A DNA stretch of 64,000 bases from an uncultured Rhodocyclaceae bacterium (GCA_964487715.1 CAZASE010000011.1:313-64312); one strand, 5' to 3'. Numbered from the stretch's first letter, positions 19,670-29,314 are shown. Numbers and translations: made by a program. The notes: generated by a model from the sequence alone, not told the origin.

Positions 19670-19685
19670 AGCAAGCGCCGTTCCA
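19670..19685 (-). promoter_or_regulatory. sigma54 (-24/-12) promoter of the moaA operon
   Basis: Minus strand TGGAACGGCGCTTGCT: GG-N10-GC, about 55 bp upstream of moaA. Confidence 0.7.
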
Positions 19686-19721
19686 TGCGCCTTGTCAGAG
19701 ATCAGGAGAAGATCCCGGGAA

Positions 19722-20195
19722 ATGACTGAAACCGGTTTGCAGCTCGCTGTGATTATGGAACGGAAGGTGCTCGCCAACAAGTGGGCGGATTTCCAATGGG
19801 AGGCGCTCGGCATCGTGCCCGACAGTGGTCGCGACACGGCGCCGCGCCGCATTTACGAAGACGCGCAGCGGGCACACTGGCTGCACGGTGGCCTGGCGAT
19901 CGACTTGTTCAGCGACGAAGCCGAGTTCTACTACGCCAATATCACCTCGCCCGAACCGCGCGTCTTCGTTCTCTGGCGGCTGGAGGACGAGCTGGCGCGG
20001 CCGGCGCTGGTCACGGTGAGCTACGGCATGGCGGCACGCATGATGGATGCGGGTGAGCAGGTCGACGGCGTGGCGATGCCCGAGGAAGTCCGCGACTGGG
20101 TGGCGCAGTTTGTCGCCCGTCACTACAAGCCGGAAGATAAGAAAAAGGGCGGTCGTTACGCCTCGTCGAAACTGCGGACGGAAGGAGGGGCCTAA
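19722..20195 (+). CDS. DUF3305 family protein (fdh-associated)
   Basis: LAVIMER..NKW, LFSDEAEFYYAN, VTVSY, VDGVAMP; typical fdh neighbourhood. Confidence 0.8.
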   Translation: MTETGLQLAVIMERKVLANKWADFQWEALGIVPDSGRDTAPRRIYEDAQRAHWLHGGLAIDLFSDEAEFYYANITSPEPRVFVLWRLEDELARPALVTVSYGMAARMMDAGEQVDGVAMPEEVRDWVAQFVARHYKPEDKKKGGRYASSKLRTEGGA

Positions 20196-20198
20196 GCG

Positions 20199-20639
20199 AT
20201 GGATGAGGCAAAGGAGAACTTCCTGGCGCGCTGGTCGCGCCTGAAACGTGCGCCAGCAAGTGAATTGCCGGCCGCCGCCCCCCGCACTCCCCCTGCGCCG
20301 GCCGTTGAACTGCCGGCACTCGATGCGCTCGATTTCTCCAGCGATTTCTCCGGTTTCCTCCAGCCTCAGGTTGAGGAATCCCTCAAGCGCGCCGCGTTGC
20401 AGAAGCTTTTCCAGGCCGAGCATTTCAAACAGATGGACGGTCTCGACGTCTACATCGACGATTACAGCGTGTTCGAGCCGATCCCCGAGGCGATGCTGAG
20501 CCAACTGCAACAGGCGCGCGGTCTGCTGTTCCGGAAGGAAGAAAAGGTGGCCGGCGCGGACGCGGCGGAAATCGAGGGTGCGCCGCCACTGCGTGAAAGC
20601 GCGGAGGACGCACTGCCGTCCGCGGAGGACAAGCAATAG
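20199..20639 (+). CDS. DUF3306 family protein (fdh-associated)
   Basis: FLARWSRLK, SDFSGFL, KRAALQKLF, MDGLDVYIDDY. Confidence 0.85.
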   Translation: MDEAKENFLARWSRLKRAPASELPAAAPRTPPAPAVELPALDALDFSSDFSGFLQPQVEESLKRAALQKLFQAEHFKQMDGLDVYIDDYSVFEPIPEAMLSQLQQARGLLFRKEEKVAGADAAEIEGAPPLRESAEDALPSAEDKQ

Positions 20640-20678
20640 ACAATCGGTAAGAATCGGTTTGTTTTTTCCGTTCTTGCC

Positions 20679-20693
20679 TGGCACATTAACTGC
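20679..20693 (+). promoter_or_regulatory. sigma54 (-24/-12) promoter of the fdh operon
   Basis: TGGCACATTAACTGC: GG-N10-GC, about 30 bp upstream of ATG 20725, preceded by an AT-rich tract. Confidence 0.7.
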
Positions 20694-20724
20694 TCTTGCT
20701 TCCCGGAATTGATCGGCCGACAAC

Positions 20725-22809
20725 ATGCCCATCCAGGACAAGACGCTAGAACTGTGCAACTGCAACGGCACCATCGCTCTGGATGGCGCCTCGCTTGCCG
20801 CGGCCCTTGAACTCGCTGCACCGGTCCCGGTCAGCCGGGCGCTTTGCCGCAAGGATATCCATCGCTTCAATGCAGACCTGACTGGGGGGAACGAGCTGAT
20901 CGTTTCCTGCACGCAGGAAGCGCCGCTGTTCCAGGAGCTGGCCGACGAATCGGGATTTTCCGGCCGGTTGCGCTTTGTCAATATCCGCGAACTCGCCGGC
21001 TGGTCGGCCGAGGGCAAGCAGGCGCAACCGAAGATCGCGGCGCTGCTGGCACTGACCGGTATTCCCGACCCTGAACCGGTGCCGGCCGTCTCCTTCGCCT
21101 CGGCCGGCGCACTGCTCATCGTCGGTCCGGCCGATGCCGCACTGGCCTGGGCGGAGCGGCTGAAGGAGCCACTGGATGTTTCGGTGCTTCTCACTTCGAC
21201 ACGCAACGGCGCGCTGCCGACCCCGCGTGAATATCCTGTACTGTCTGGAACAACAATAACAATCAATGGGTTTCTTGGTGCATTTAATGTAACTTGGCAA
21301 CAAGAAAACCCGATCGACCTGGCACTTTGCACGCGTTGCAATGCCTGCCTGCGCGCCTGCCCAGAAGGCGCAATCGACTACCTGTACCAGATCGATGCCG
21401 GGAAATGCCGCAGCCACCGGGCCTGTGTCGCCGCCTGCGGCGCGCTGGGCGCCATCGACTTCAGCCGCACGGAAAGCGCCAGGGGCGAGCATTTCGATCT
21501 GGTCCTCGATTTGTCCGCCGTGCCCCTCATCCGAATGCCGCATCCGCCCCTGGGCTACCGGGCGCCGGGGCGCGACCCGCTTGACCAGGCGAAGGCCGTT
21601 CAGGAACTGCTCGGCCTGGTTGGCGAATTCGAGAAGCCGCGCTATGCCGAGATCAACCCCAGCCTGTGCGCCCACAGCCGTAATCAGGTGGCCGGCTGCC
21701 GCCAGTGCATCGACGTCTGTTCCTCGGGTGCCATCCGGTCGGTCGGCGACCATGCCGAGATCGATCCGCATTTGTGTCTCGGCTGCGGCGGTTGCCATAC
21801 GGTGTGCCCGACCGGCGCCGTGCAGTACGCTTACCCGCGGCCGTCTACCCTGGGGCTGCGAACGCGGAAGATGCTGGCTGCCTACGCCGCGGCGGGCGGC
21901 AGAAGCGCCTGCCTGCTGTACCACGACGGCAAGGCCGGGCGCGACCTGCTGATGCGTCTCGGCCAGCAGGGCAAGGGCTTGCCGGCGCGGGTGATTCCGC
22001 TCGAAATGCACGACGTCGCCGCGATCGGGCTCGACATACTGCTCGGGGCGGTCGCTTTTGGCGCATGCCAGTGCGTCATTTTGTACCAGGCCGACGCGCC
22101 CGAGGCGTACATCGAGGCACTGCGCAAGCAGATCGGCTTTGGCGAGACGATCCTCAATGCCCTGGGCTACGCCGGCAGGCATTTCTTCCTTCTCCAGGCC
22201 GATGAACCTGCGGCATTGCAGGAGGCGCTGTGGCCCCTGAATGCGGCGGACACGGTTCGTCAGCCTGCGCTGTTCGGCCTGCCCGACGAGAAGCGGCGCG
22301 CCCTGGAATTCGCCCTGGAACATCTGGCGAAGCAGGCCGCACGGCCGCAGGCGTCGATTGCCCTGGCAGCGGGCGCACCCTTCGGCTCGGTGAATCTTGA
22401 CAAGGCGAAATGCACTTTGTGCATGTCCTGCGTCGGTGCCTGCCCGTCGCACGCGCTCGTCGACACGCCCGATCTGCCGCGCCTGAAATTCCTTGAACGC
22501 AGCTGCGTCCAGTGCCGGCTGTGCGTCCAGACCTGCCCGGAAGGCGCGCTTTCGCTCGAACCACGCCTGCTCTTCGACGCCGAGCTTCGCCAGGCGCGCG
22601 TCCTCAACGAGGCCGAGCCGTTCAATTGCGTGCGCTGCGGCAAGCCCTTCGCGACGCGCCAGATGGTCGAGACCATGCTGGGACGGCTTGCCGGCCACTC
22701 GATGTTTGCCGGGGCGGATGCGCTCAAGCGCCTGCAGATGTGTGCTGACTGCCGCGTTGCCGACATGCTGGACGGCAAGACGCGCGAGCCGAGCGTTCTT
22801 GACCTATAA
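20725..22809 (+). CDS. Polyferredoxin-like multi-4Fe-4S protein
   Basis: Several CxxCxxCxxxCP motifs (CTRCNACLRACP, CLGCGGCHTVCP, CTLCMSCVGACP, CVQCRLCVQTCP). Confidence 0.9.
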   Translation: MPIQDKTLELCNCNGTIALDGASLAAALELAAPVPVSRALCRKDIHRFNADLTGGNELIVSCTQEAPLFQELADESGFSGRLRFVNIRELAGWSAEGKQAQPKIAALLALTGIPDPEPVPAVSFASAGALLIVGPADAALAWAERLKEPLDVSVLLTSTRNGALPTPREYPVLSGTTITINGFLGAFNVTWQQENPIDLALCTRCNACLRACPEGAIDYLYQIDAGKCRSHRACVAACGALGAIDFSRTESARGEHFDLVLDLSAVPLIRMPHPPLGYRAPGRDPLDQAKAVQELLGLVGEFEKPRYAEINPSLCAHSRNQVAGCRQCIDVCSSGAIRSVGDHAEIDPHLCLGCGGCHTVCPTGAVQYAYPRPSTLGLRTRKMLAAYAAAGGRSACLLYHDGKAGRDLLMRLGQQGKGLPARVIPLEMHDVAAIGLDILLGAVAFGACQCVILYQADAPEAYIEALRKQIGFGETILNALGYAGRHFFLLQADEPAALQEALWPLNAADTVRQPALFGLPDEKRRALEFALEHLAKQAARPQASIALAAGAPFGSVNLDKAKCTLCMSCVGACPSHALVDTPDLPRLKFLERSCVQCRLCVQTCPEGALSLEPRLLFDAELRQARVLNEAEPFNCVRCGKPFATRQMVETMLGRLAGHSMFAGADALKRLQMCADCRVADMLDGKTREPSVLDL

Positions 22810-22817
22810 ATACTTCA

Positions 22818-23447
22818 ATGACCGCCACGCAGAAGATTGCCCATTCCCATCCAGTTGATCCGCAGGACCGGGCGCGCGCCGACTTCTATGGCCTGCTGGC
22901 GCGCCTGTTCTATGCGCCAGCGGATGCCGGCCTGCTCGCACTGCTCGCCGGCAGCGGCGAACTGGCTGCCGAAGGCGTGCGCGGTGCGCTTCCCGAGGCC
23001 TGGAGCGCGCTGCGGCACGCCGCAGCCGAAACGACGGACGAGGCCACCCGCAGCGAGCATGAGGCGATCTTCGTCGGTGTCGGCAAGCCGGTAGTGATGC
23101 TCTATGCCTCGTTCTACCTGGCGGGCTTCCTCAACGAAAAGCCGCTGGCCGAACTGCGCGGCGACCTGGCGGCGCTGGGCTTCGCGCGAAGCCGCGCGGC
23201 GAGCGAGCCGGAAGACCATATTGCCGGTCTGGCCGACGTCATGCGCCAGCTGATCCTCGACGAAAGCCGCGATGCGGCTGAGCGTGATGCGGCGCAGCAA
23301 CAGTTCTACGCCAGGCATATCGAACCCTGGTACAGCAGCCTGTGCGATGCCGTCGAAGCGGCGCCGCAGGCGGATTTTTACCGGAGCGTGGCCGCATTTG
23401 CACGCGCGTTCCTGGGCATCGAGAAGGCTTTTTTCCGCATCGGATAG
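22818..23447 (+). CDS. TorD/DmsD family redox-enzyme maturation chaperone
   Basis: RADFYGLLARLF, YASFYL, SEPEDHIA. Confidence 0.88.
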   Translation: MTATQKIAHSHPVDPQDRARADFYGLLARLFYAPADAGLLALLAGSGELAAEGVRGALPEAWSALRHAAAETTDEATRSEHEAIFVGVGKPVVMLYASFYLAGFLNEKPLAELRGDLAALGFARSRAASEPEDHIAGLADVMRQLILDESRDAAERDAAQQQFYARHIEPWYSSLCDAVEAAPQADFYRSVAAFARAFLGIEKAFFRIG

Positions 23448-23472
23448 TTGGCACAACAAGGAGGAGCGAGTC

Positions 23473-23676
23473 ATGAGCGGCAAGACGACAACCAATCTCA
23501 AGCGCAGGGGCTTCCTGCTTACGGTCGGCCTGGGCGGCGCCGGTGCGGCCGCCGGCGTCATCGGCGGCAAGGTCTTGTCGGACACGCCGGCGGCCGCGCC
23601 CGACAAGGCCGCTGCGGCCGGCGGCTATCGGCTCAGCGAACACGTACAGAACTACTACCGCACCACGCGGGTATGA
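23473..23676 (+). CDS. Small twin-arginine-signal protein of fdh regions
   Basis: KRRGFL Tat motif; GYRLSEHVQNYYRTTRV; SD AGGAG. Confidence 0.85.
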   Translation: MSGKTTTNLKRRGFLLTVGLGGAGAAAGVIGGKVLSDTPAAAPDKAAAAGGYRLSEHVQNYYRTTRV

Positions 23677-23692
23677 CAGGGGGAGAGGAATC

Positions 23693-26623
23693 ATGTCACT
23701 GACCAGGAAATCCAGTCCGGCGCAGGCCGGACGCGCCAACCGGCTCGGCCGCAACCTTTCCGGCGCGCAGCCGGAAACCATGGACCGCCGCGCCTTCCTC
23801 AAGCGTTCGGGCGTATCGGTCGGTGCTGGCGCCTTCGCCAGCCAGTTGCCCTTCGCCATGATCGGCAGGGCCGACGCGGCCGATGCCAAGGCGCAAGGCG
23901 ACGTCGAGATCAAACGCACGGTGTGCACCCATTGCTCGGTCGGTTGCGCCATCGATGCCGAGGTGCAGAACGGCGTATGGATCGGCCAGGAGCCGGTGTT
24001 CGACTCGCCCATCAACCTCGGCGCCCATTGCGCCAAGGGTGCGGCGATTCGCGAGCACGGCCACGGCGAAATGCGCCTCAAGTATCCGATGAAGCTGGTC
24101 AATGGCAAGTACCAGAAACTCAGCTGGGACCAGGCGCTGGGCGAAATCAGCGCGAAGATGCTGGAACTGAAGAAGGCGCACGGGCCGGATTCCGTGTACT
24201 TCATCGGCTCCTCCAAGCACAGCAACGAGCAGTCCTACCTCATGCGCAAGTTCGTCTCCTTCTGGGGAACAAACAACTGTGACCACCAGGCGCGCATCTG
24301 CCACTCGACCACGGTCGCCGGCGTTGCCAACACCTGGGGCTACGGCGCCATGACCAATTCCTACAACGACATGCAGAACAGCAAGGCGATGCTGTTCATC
24401 GGCTCCAACGCCGCCGAAGCGCATCCGGTGTCGATGCTGCACACGCTGCATGCCAAGGAGTCCGGCGCCAAGATGATCGTCTGCGACCCGCGCTTCACGC
24501 GTACGGCGGCCAAGGCCGACCAGTACATCCGCTTCCGTTCCGGCTCCGATATCGCGGTGCTGTTCGGCATCCTCTACCACATCTTCAAGAACGGCTGGGA
24601 AGACAAGAAATACATCAATGACCGTGTCTTCGGCATGGAAAAGGTGCGCGAGGACGTGCTCGCGAAATGGACGCCCGACAAGGCTTTCGAGGTTTCCGGC
24701 GTGCCCGAGGAACAGCTCTTCAAGGCAGCCGAAACGATGGCCATGAACCGGCCCTCGACCATCGTCTGGTGCATGGGCCAGACGCAGCACTCCATCGGCA
24801 ACGCCTTCGTGCGCGCCTCCTGCATCCTGCAACTGGCGCTCGGCAACGTCGGCAAGTCGGGCGGCGGCGCCAACATCTATCGCGGCCATGACAACGTGCA
24901 GGGCGCCACCGACATCGGCCCCAACCCGGATTCGCTGCCCGGCTACTACGGCATTCCGCCTGGCTCGTGGAAGTACTGGTGCGGCGTCTGGGGTGTCGAC
25001 TTCGAATGGGTGAAGAAACAGTTCGCCAGCGAAGGCATGATGAGCAAGCCGGGCATCACCGTCTCGCGCTGGGTCGACGGCGTGCTCGAGAAGAACGAGC
25101 TGATCGACCAGGATCCGAACCTCAAGGCGGTCTTCTACTGGGGCCACGCGCCGAACTCGCAGACGCGCGGCCTCGACATGAAGCGGGCGATGGACAAGCT
25201 CGACCTGCTCGTCGTCGTCGACCCGTACCCCTCGGCCACGGCGGCCATGGCGGCGATGCCGGGGCCGGATGCCAAGGATATCAACCCGAACCGCGCCGTC
25301 TATCTGCTGCCGGCGGCGACGCAGTTCGAGACCTCCGGCAGCGCCACCGCTTCGAATCGTTCGCTGCAATGGCGCGAGAAAGTCATCGAGCCGTTGTTCG
25401 AATCGCGCACCGACCACATGATCATGTACCAGTTGGCCGAGAAGCTCGGTTTCGGCAAGGAACTGGTGAAGAACTACAAGATGGTGCAGGGCAAGGGCGG
25501 CATGGAGCCGGAGCCGGAATCCATCCTGCGCGAAATCAACCGCGGCGTGTGGACCATCGGCTATACGGGCCAGTCGCCCGAGCGGCTGAAGCTGCACATG
25601 AAGCACATGAACACCTTCGATCCGAAGACGCTGCGCGCCAAGGGCGGCCCCTGCGACGGTGACTACTTCGGACTGCCCTGGCCTTGCTACGGCACACCGG
25701 AGCTGAAGCATCCCGGCACGCCCAACCTCTATGACACCTCGAAGCATGTCATGGAAGGCGGCGGCAACTTCCGCGCCAACTTCGGCGTGGAGAAGGACGG
25801 CGTCAATCTGCTGGCCGAGGATGGCTCGGCCTCGAAGGGTGCCGACCTGCAGTTCGGCTATCCCGAGTTCGACCACGTGCTGCTGAAGAAACTTGGCTGG
25901 TGGGATGAACTCAGCGACGCGGAGAAGGCCAAGGCCGAAGGCAAGAACTGGAAGACCGATACGTCCGGCGGCATCATCCGCGTCGTCATGAAGAACCATG
26001 GCTGCCATCCCTTTGGCAACGCCAAGGCGCGCGCCGTGGTGTGGAACTTCCCCGACCCGGTGCCGCAGCATCGTGAGCCGATCTACTCGCCGCGGCCGGA
26101 CCTGGTCGCCAAGTACCCGACGCACGACGACAAGAAGGGCTTCTGGCGCATGCCGACGCTGTACAAGTCGCTGCAACAGAAGAACGTCGAGGACAAGGTC
26201 GCCGAGAAGTTCCCGCTCATCCTCACGTCCGGCCGTCTGGTCGAGTTCGAGGGCGGCGGCGAGGAGACGCGCTCGAATCCCTGGCTGGCTGAGTTGCAGC
26301 CGGAGGCCTTCGTCGAGATCAACCCGAAGGCCGCCAACGACCGCGGCATCCGCAACGGCGATTGGGTCTGGCTGAAAACGCCGACCGGCGCCCAGCTCAA
26401 GGTTCGCGCCCAGGTCACTGAGCGCGTCGCCGCCGACACCTGCTTCATGCCGTTCCATTTTTCCGGACACTGGCAGGGCAAAGACCTGCTCGAGTACTAC
26501 CCGGACGGGGCGCACCCGGTGGTGCGCGGCGAAGCGGTCAACACCGCCACCACCTACGGCTACGACTCGGTGACCATGATGCAGGAAACCAAGACGACCA
26601 TCTGCCAGGTCGCCAAGGCCTAA
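23693..26623 (+). CDS. Formate dehydrogenase alpha subunit (Tat-exported, Cys-ligated Mo/W-bisPGD)
   Basis: DRRAFLK Tat motif, CTHCSVGC..CAKG, DHQARICHS, RGHDNVQG. Confidence 0.95.
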   Translation: MSLTRKSSPAQAGRANRLGRNLSGAQPETMDRRAFLKRSGVSVGAGAFASQLPFAMIGRADAADAKAQGDVEIKRTVCTHCSVGCAIDAEVQNGVWIGQEPVFDSPINLGAHCAKGAAIREHGHGEMRLKYPMKLVNGKYQKLSWDQALGEISAKMLELKKAHGPDSVYFIGSSKHSNEQSYLMRKFVSFWGTNNCDHQARICHSTTVAGVANTWGYGAMTNSYNDMQNSKAMLFIGSNAAEAHPVSMLHTLHAKESGAKMIVCDPRFTRTAAKADQYIRFRSGSDIAVLFGILYHIFKNGWEDKKYINDRVFGMEKVREDVLAKWTPDKAFEVSGVPEEQLFKAAETMAMNRPSTIVWCMGQTQHSIGNAFVRASCILQLALGNVGKSGGGANIYRGHDNVQGATDIGPNPDSLPGYYGIPPGSWKYWCGVWGVDFEWVKKQFASEGMMSKPGITVSRWVDGVLEKNELIDQDPNLKAVFYWGHAPNSQTRGLDMKRAMDKLDLLVVVDPYPSATAAMAAMPGPDAKDINPNRAVYLLPAATQFETSGSATASNRSLQWREKVIEPLFESRTDHMIMYQLAEKLGFGKELVKNYKMVQGKGGMEPEPESILREINRGVWTIGYTGQSPERLKLHMKHMNTFDPKTLRAKGGPCDGDYFGLPWPCYGTPELKHPGTPNLYDTSKHVMEGGGNFRANFGVEKDGVNLLAEDGSASKGADLQFGYPEFDHVLLKKLGWWDELSDAEKAKAEGKNWKTDTSGGIIRVVMKNHGCHPFGNAKARAVVWNFPDPVPQHREPIYSPRPDLVAKYPTHDDKKGFWRMPTLYKSLQQKNVEDKVAEKFPLILTSGRLVEFEGGGEETRSNPWLAELQPEAFVEINPKAANDRGIRNGDWVWLKTPTGAQLKVRAQVTERVAADTCFMPFHFSGHWQGKDLLEYYPDGAHPVVRGEAVNTATTYGYDSVTMMQETKTTICQVAKA

Positions 26624-26638
26624 GAGGAGGAGACAACA

Positions 26639-27253
26639 ATGGCCAGAATGAAATTTCTCTGCGACGCCGAACGCTGCATCGAGTGCAACGGCTGCGTCAC
26701 CGCGTGCAAGAACGAACATGAGGTGCCCTGGGGCGTCAACCGCCGCCGCGTCGTCACGCTGAACGACGGCGTGCCTGGCGAACGCTCCATCTCAGTCGCA
26801 TGCATGCACTGCACCGATGCGCCCTGCATGGCCGTCTGCCCGGTCGACTGCTTCTACCAGACCGAAGAAGGCGTGGTGCTGCACGACAAGGACCTGTGCA
26901 TCGGCTGCGGTTACTGCTTCTATGCCTGTCCCTTCGGCGCGCCGCAGTTTCCGCAGGGCGGCGCCTTCGGCATGCGCGGCAAGATGGACAAATGCACCTT
27001 CTGCGCCGGCGGGCCGGAAAAGGACAACTCGGCCGAGGAGACGAAGAAGTACGGCCGCAATCGCCTGGCCGAGGGCAAGCTGCCGCTCTGCGCCGAGATG
27101 TGCGCGACCAAGGCATTGCTGGGCGGCGACGCGGAAGCCATCTCGACCATCTACCGCGAACGCGTGACGAAGCGCGGCAAGGGCGCCGACATGATCGGCT
27201 GGGGAACCGCCTACGGCAAGAAGGAAGCCGCCAAGGAAGGAGGCAAGTCATGA
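26639..27253 (+). CDS. Formate dehydrogenase beta (Fe-S) subunit
   Basis: CIECNGCVTAC, CMHC..APC..VCP, CIGCGYCFYACP, KCTFC. Confidence 0.95.
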   Translation: MARMKFLCDAERCIECNGCVTACKNEHEVPWGVNRRRVVTLNDGVPGERSISVACMHCTDAPCMAVCPVDCFYQTEEGVVLHDKDLCIGCGYCFYACPFGAPQFPQGGAFGMRGKMDKCTFCAGGPEKDNSAEETKKYGRNRLAEGKLPLCAEMCATKALLGGDAEAISTIYRERVTKRGKGADMIGWGTAYGKKEAAKEGGKS

Positions 27254-27477
27254 AGACACGCATGTTGCTGGTTGTCCCCGCCATTGCCTTCGGGCTCGGC
27301 CTCGCGGCCTGCGGCGACCGCGATCAGGTTGTCGCCTACAAGCAGGGCAAATACCAGGGCAAGACTGACAGCCAGCCCTGGAGCAACGCGCCCTACAACG
27401 GCGACAAGGCCAGGTGGGAAGGCGATCTCAAGGCGCGGGCCCAGCAGCAGGACGAATCCCGCCGCACCGGCGGCTAG
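27250..27477 (+). CDS. Small lipoprotein in the fdh operon
   Basis: Lipobox LAAC; YQGKTD..PW; ATGA overlap with the beta subunit. Confidence 0.75.
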   Translation: MKTRMLLVVPAIAFGLGLAACGDRDQVVAYKQGKYQGKTDSQPWSNAPYNGDKARWEGDLKARAQQQDESRRTGG

Positions 27478-27485
27478 GAGGCGCG

Positions 27486-28520
27486 ATGAAATCGATCCTC
27501 AATCTGGCCTTGTCCGTTGCCGCGGTGCTGCTGCTCGGCACTGCTCCGGCCGTGGCGGCGGACGCCCCGGCGCAGCCCGCCCAAGCGCAAGCGCAGGCTT
27601 CGCACAACCAGGCCCGGCTATGGCGCGACGCCCGCTCCGGCGAGGCCGGCTTCACCACCGCTCGCGGCGTGGAAACCGGCGTGCTGATCCAGTCCGGCGG
27701 CGAAACCTGGCGCGAACTGCGCAACGGCCCGGTCACGCTCTACGGTGGCATCGTGTTGTGCCTGGTCGTCGTCGCCATCGGCCTCTTCTACAAGTGGCGC
27801 GGCATGATCAAGCTGGGTGCGCCGCCGAGCGGACGGCAGATCGAGCGCTTCAACGCCATCGAGCGCATGGCGCACTGGGGCATGGCGGTCAGCTTCGTCA
27901 TCCTCGGCGTATCCGGGCTGCTGCTGCTGTTCGGCAAGCACCTGCTGCTGCCGGTACTTGGCCATACCCTGTTCGGCTGGCTCGCGGTGATCGGCAAGAA
28001 CCTGCACAACTTCGTCGGCCCGCTGTTCCTGCTCTCCATCGTCGTCTCCTTCTTCCTCTTCGTGAAGGACAACGTCTGGCGCAAGGAAGACGCAGACTGG
28101 ATCGCCAGGGCCGGCGGCCTGATAAGCGGCGCGCACGTGCCGTCCTGGCGCTTCAATTTCGGCGAGAAGACGATGTTCTGGTTCGGCGTCGTCTTCCTCG
28201 GGCTGACGGTCAGCGCCAGCGGTCTGATCATGGACTTCCCCAACTTCGGCCAGACGCGCGACACCATGCAGACGGTGAACCTCATCCATTCCGTCGCCGC
28301 GCTGATTTTCGTCTGCCTGATGCTCGGCCACATCTACATCGGCACCATCGGCATGGAAGGCGCCTACGCGTCGATGCGCCTTGGCCACGTCGACGAAACC
28401 TGGGCGAAGGAACACCACGAGCTCTGGTACAACGAAGCGAAACAGCAGGCGGGCCAGGCGGCCAATGCGGCCAATGCAGCCAAATCCGCGCCAGGCGCAG
28501 CCGCCGCAGCGCAGTCATGA
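27486..28520 (+). CDS. Formate dehydrogenase gamma (cytochrome b) subunit
   Basis: ERMAHW, LHNFVG, FNFGEK, HIYIG, WAKEHHELW. Confidence 0.93.
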   Translation: MKSILNLALSVAAVLLLGTAPAVAADAPAQPAQAQAQASHNQARLWRDARSGEAGFTTARGVETGVLIQSGGETWRELRNGPVTLYGGIVLCLVVVAIGLFYKWRGMIKLGAPPSGRQIERFNAIERMAHWGMAVSFVILGVSGLLLLFGKHLLLPVLGHTLFGWLAVIGKNLHNFVGPLFLLSIVVSFFLFVKDNVWRKEDADWIARAGGLISGAHVPSWRFNFGEKTMFWFGVVFLGLTVSASGLIMDFPNFGQTRDTMQTVNLIHSVAALIFVCLMLGHIYIGTIGMEGAYASMRLGHVDETWAKEHHELWYNEAKQQAGQAANAANAAKSAPGAAAAAQS

Positions 28521-28537
28521 ATAGGGGAGGGAACGCG

Positions 28538-28861
28538 ATGAAAACGAAACTGATCCTGGCACTCGCCGCCGCATGTGTCGCCGGCGCCGTCCAGGCCAAG
28601 CTGCCGCCGCCGGGTGACGAAGCGAAGGCCAAGGCCGAGGAGACCAAGGCCAAGGCCGCGCATGGCGACAAGATCGGCGCCTACCAGTTGTGCAAGTCGC
28701 AGAACCGCACTGCCGAGCGCCACATGAAGGAGCAGGGCAAGAAAGGCGCCGCCCCGGCCGCCTGCCAGGACCCGGGTCCCTACCAGGCCGCCGCGGCGCC
28801 TGGCGCAGCCCCGGCTGCGGCGCCGGTGCCGGCAGCAGCGGCTGCCGCCAAGAAGAAATAG
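28538..28861 (+). CDS. Exported Ala/Lys-rich hypothetical protein, last gene of the fdh operon (alternative start 28517)
   Basis: Signal peptide ending VQA-KLPP, AYQLCKSQ..CQDPGP. Confidence 0.7.
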   Translation: MKTKLILALAAACVAGAVQAKLPPPGDEAKAKAEETKAKAAHGDKIGAYQLCKSQNRTAERHMKEQGKKGAAPAACQDPGPYQAAAAPGAAPAAAPVPAAAAAAKKK

Positions 28862-28899
28862 GCCTGTCGCGAAACTTCAGTGCCGGGGGGCCGGCAGTT

Positions 28900-28980
28900 G
28901 ATGTGGCGACCCCGTCGCGCCCCGGCTTTCGCCCTGGCGGCTCATGCCAGAACGCGCGGTGCCGAGGCTGAGGGTTTCAT
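28900..28980 (-). pseudogene. cobU: Decayed 5' remnant of adenosylcobinamide kinase/guanylyltransferase
   Basis: An ATG overlaps the cobQ stop; after a frameshift it reads TLSLGTARSGMSRQGE, resembling the CobU P-loop TLILGGARSGKSxxAE. Confidence 0.55.
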
Positions 28981-29205
28981 GGCGGATCCAGCCCCAGCAG
29001 TGCGGCCACCCGAACGGTATCGAGATGCGCCTCGACCGCATCGGCCAGGCGTCCGAGGCTCGCCTCGCGCTGCGCGGCCATGTCGGGTGCGCGTTGCCCA
29101 TCCCGGTAGCCCGCCCAGGCGAGCAGTGCGTCGCAGGCCTTGGGCCGATCGAACAGGCCGCGTACGTAGGTGCCGAATATCTGTCCGTCCGCACTCAAGG
29201 CACCC
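28977..29205 (-). pseudogene. cobQ: 3' remnant of cobyric acid synthase
   Basis: [19 protein letters not shown]...ALLAWAG...[17 protein letters not shown] matches the CobQ C-terminus; the His of GTYxHG is replaced by Arg; rest of gene missing. Confidence 0.8.
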
Positions 29206-29314
29206 GCGCGCGTGAGTCGGCCAACCGGCACTCGGTGGAGGAATTCAAGGAAGTGGGTGTGATGTAGGCAAGGCACGCTCTTCGGTGCATTACCCTCCGC
29301 AACGCCGACGCGTT

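Noticed and set aside
23447-23465. TTGGCACAACAAGGAG as an internal sigma54 promoter
   Set aside because: -24 half only; the -12 position is occupied by the SD sequence
23673-23702. Nine-codon ORF starting at an ATGA overlap before the fdh alpha gene
   Set aside because: Its stop does not overlap the downstream start and the gap is just an SD spacer
23696-26719. Very long antisense ORFs (also 42265-45375, 51794-55072, 49212-51917, 9353-11899)
   Set aside because: Shadow frames of well-supported genes; expected from high GC3 codon bias; no protein motifs
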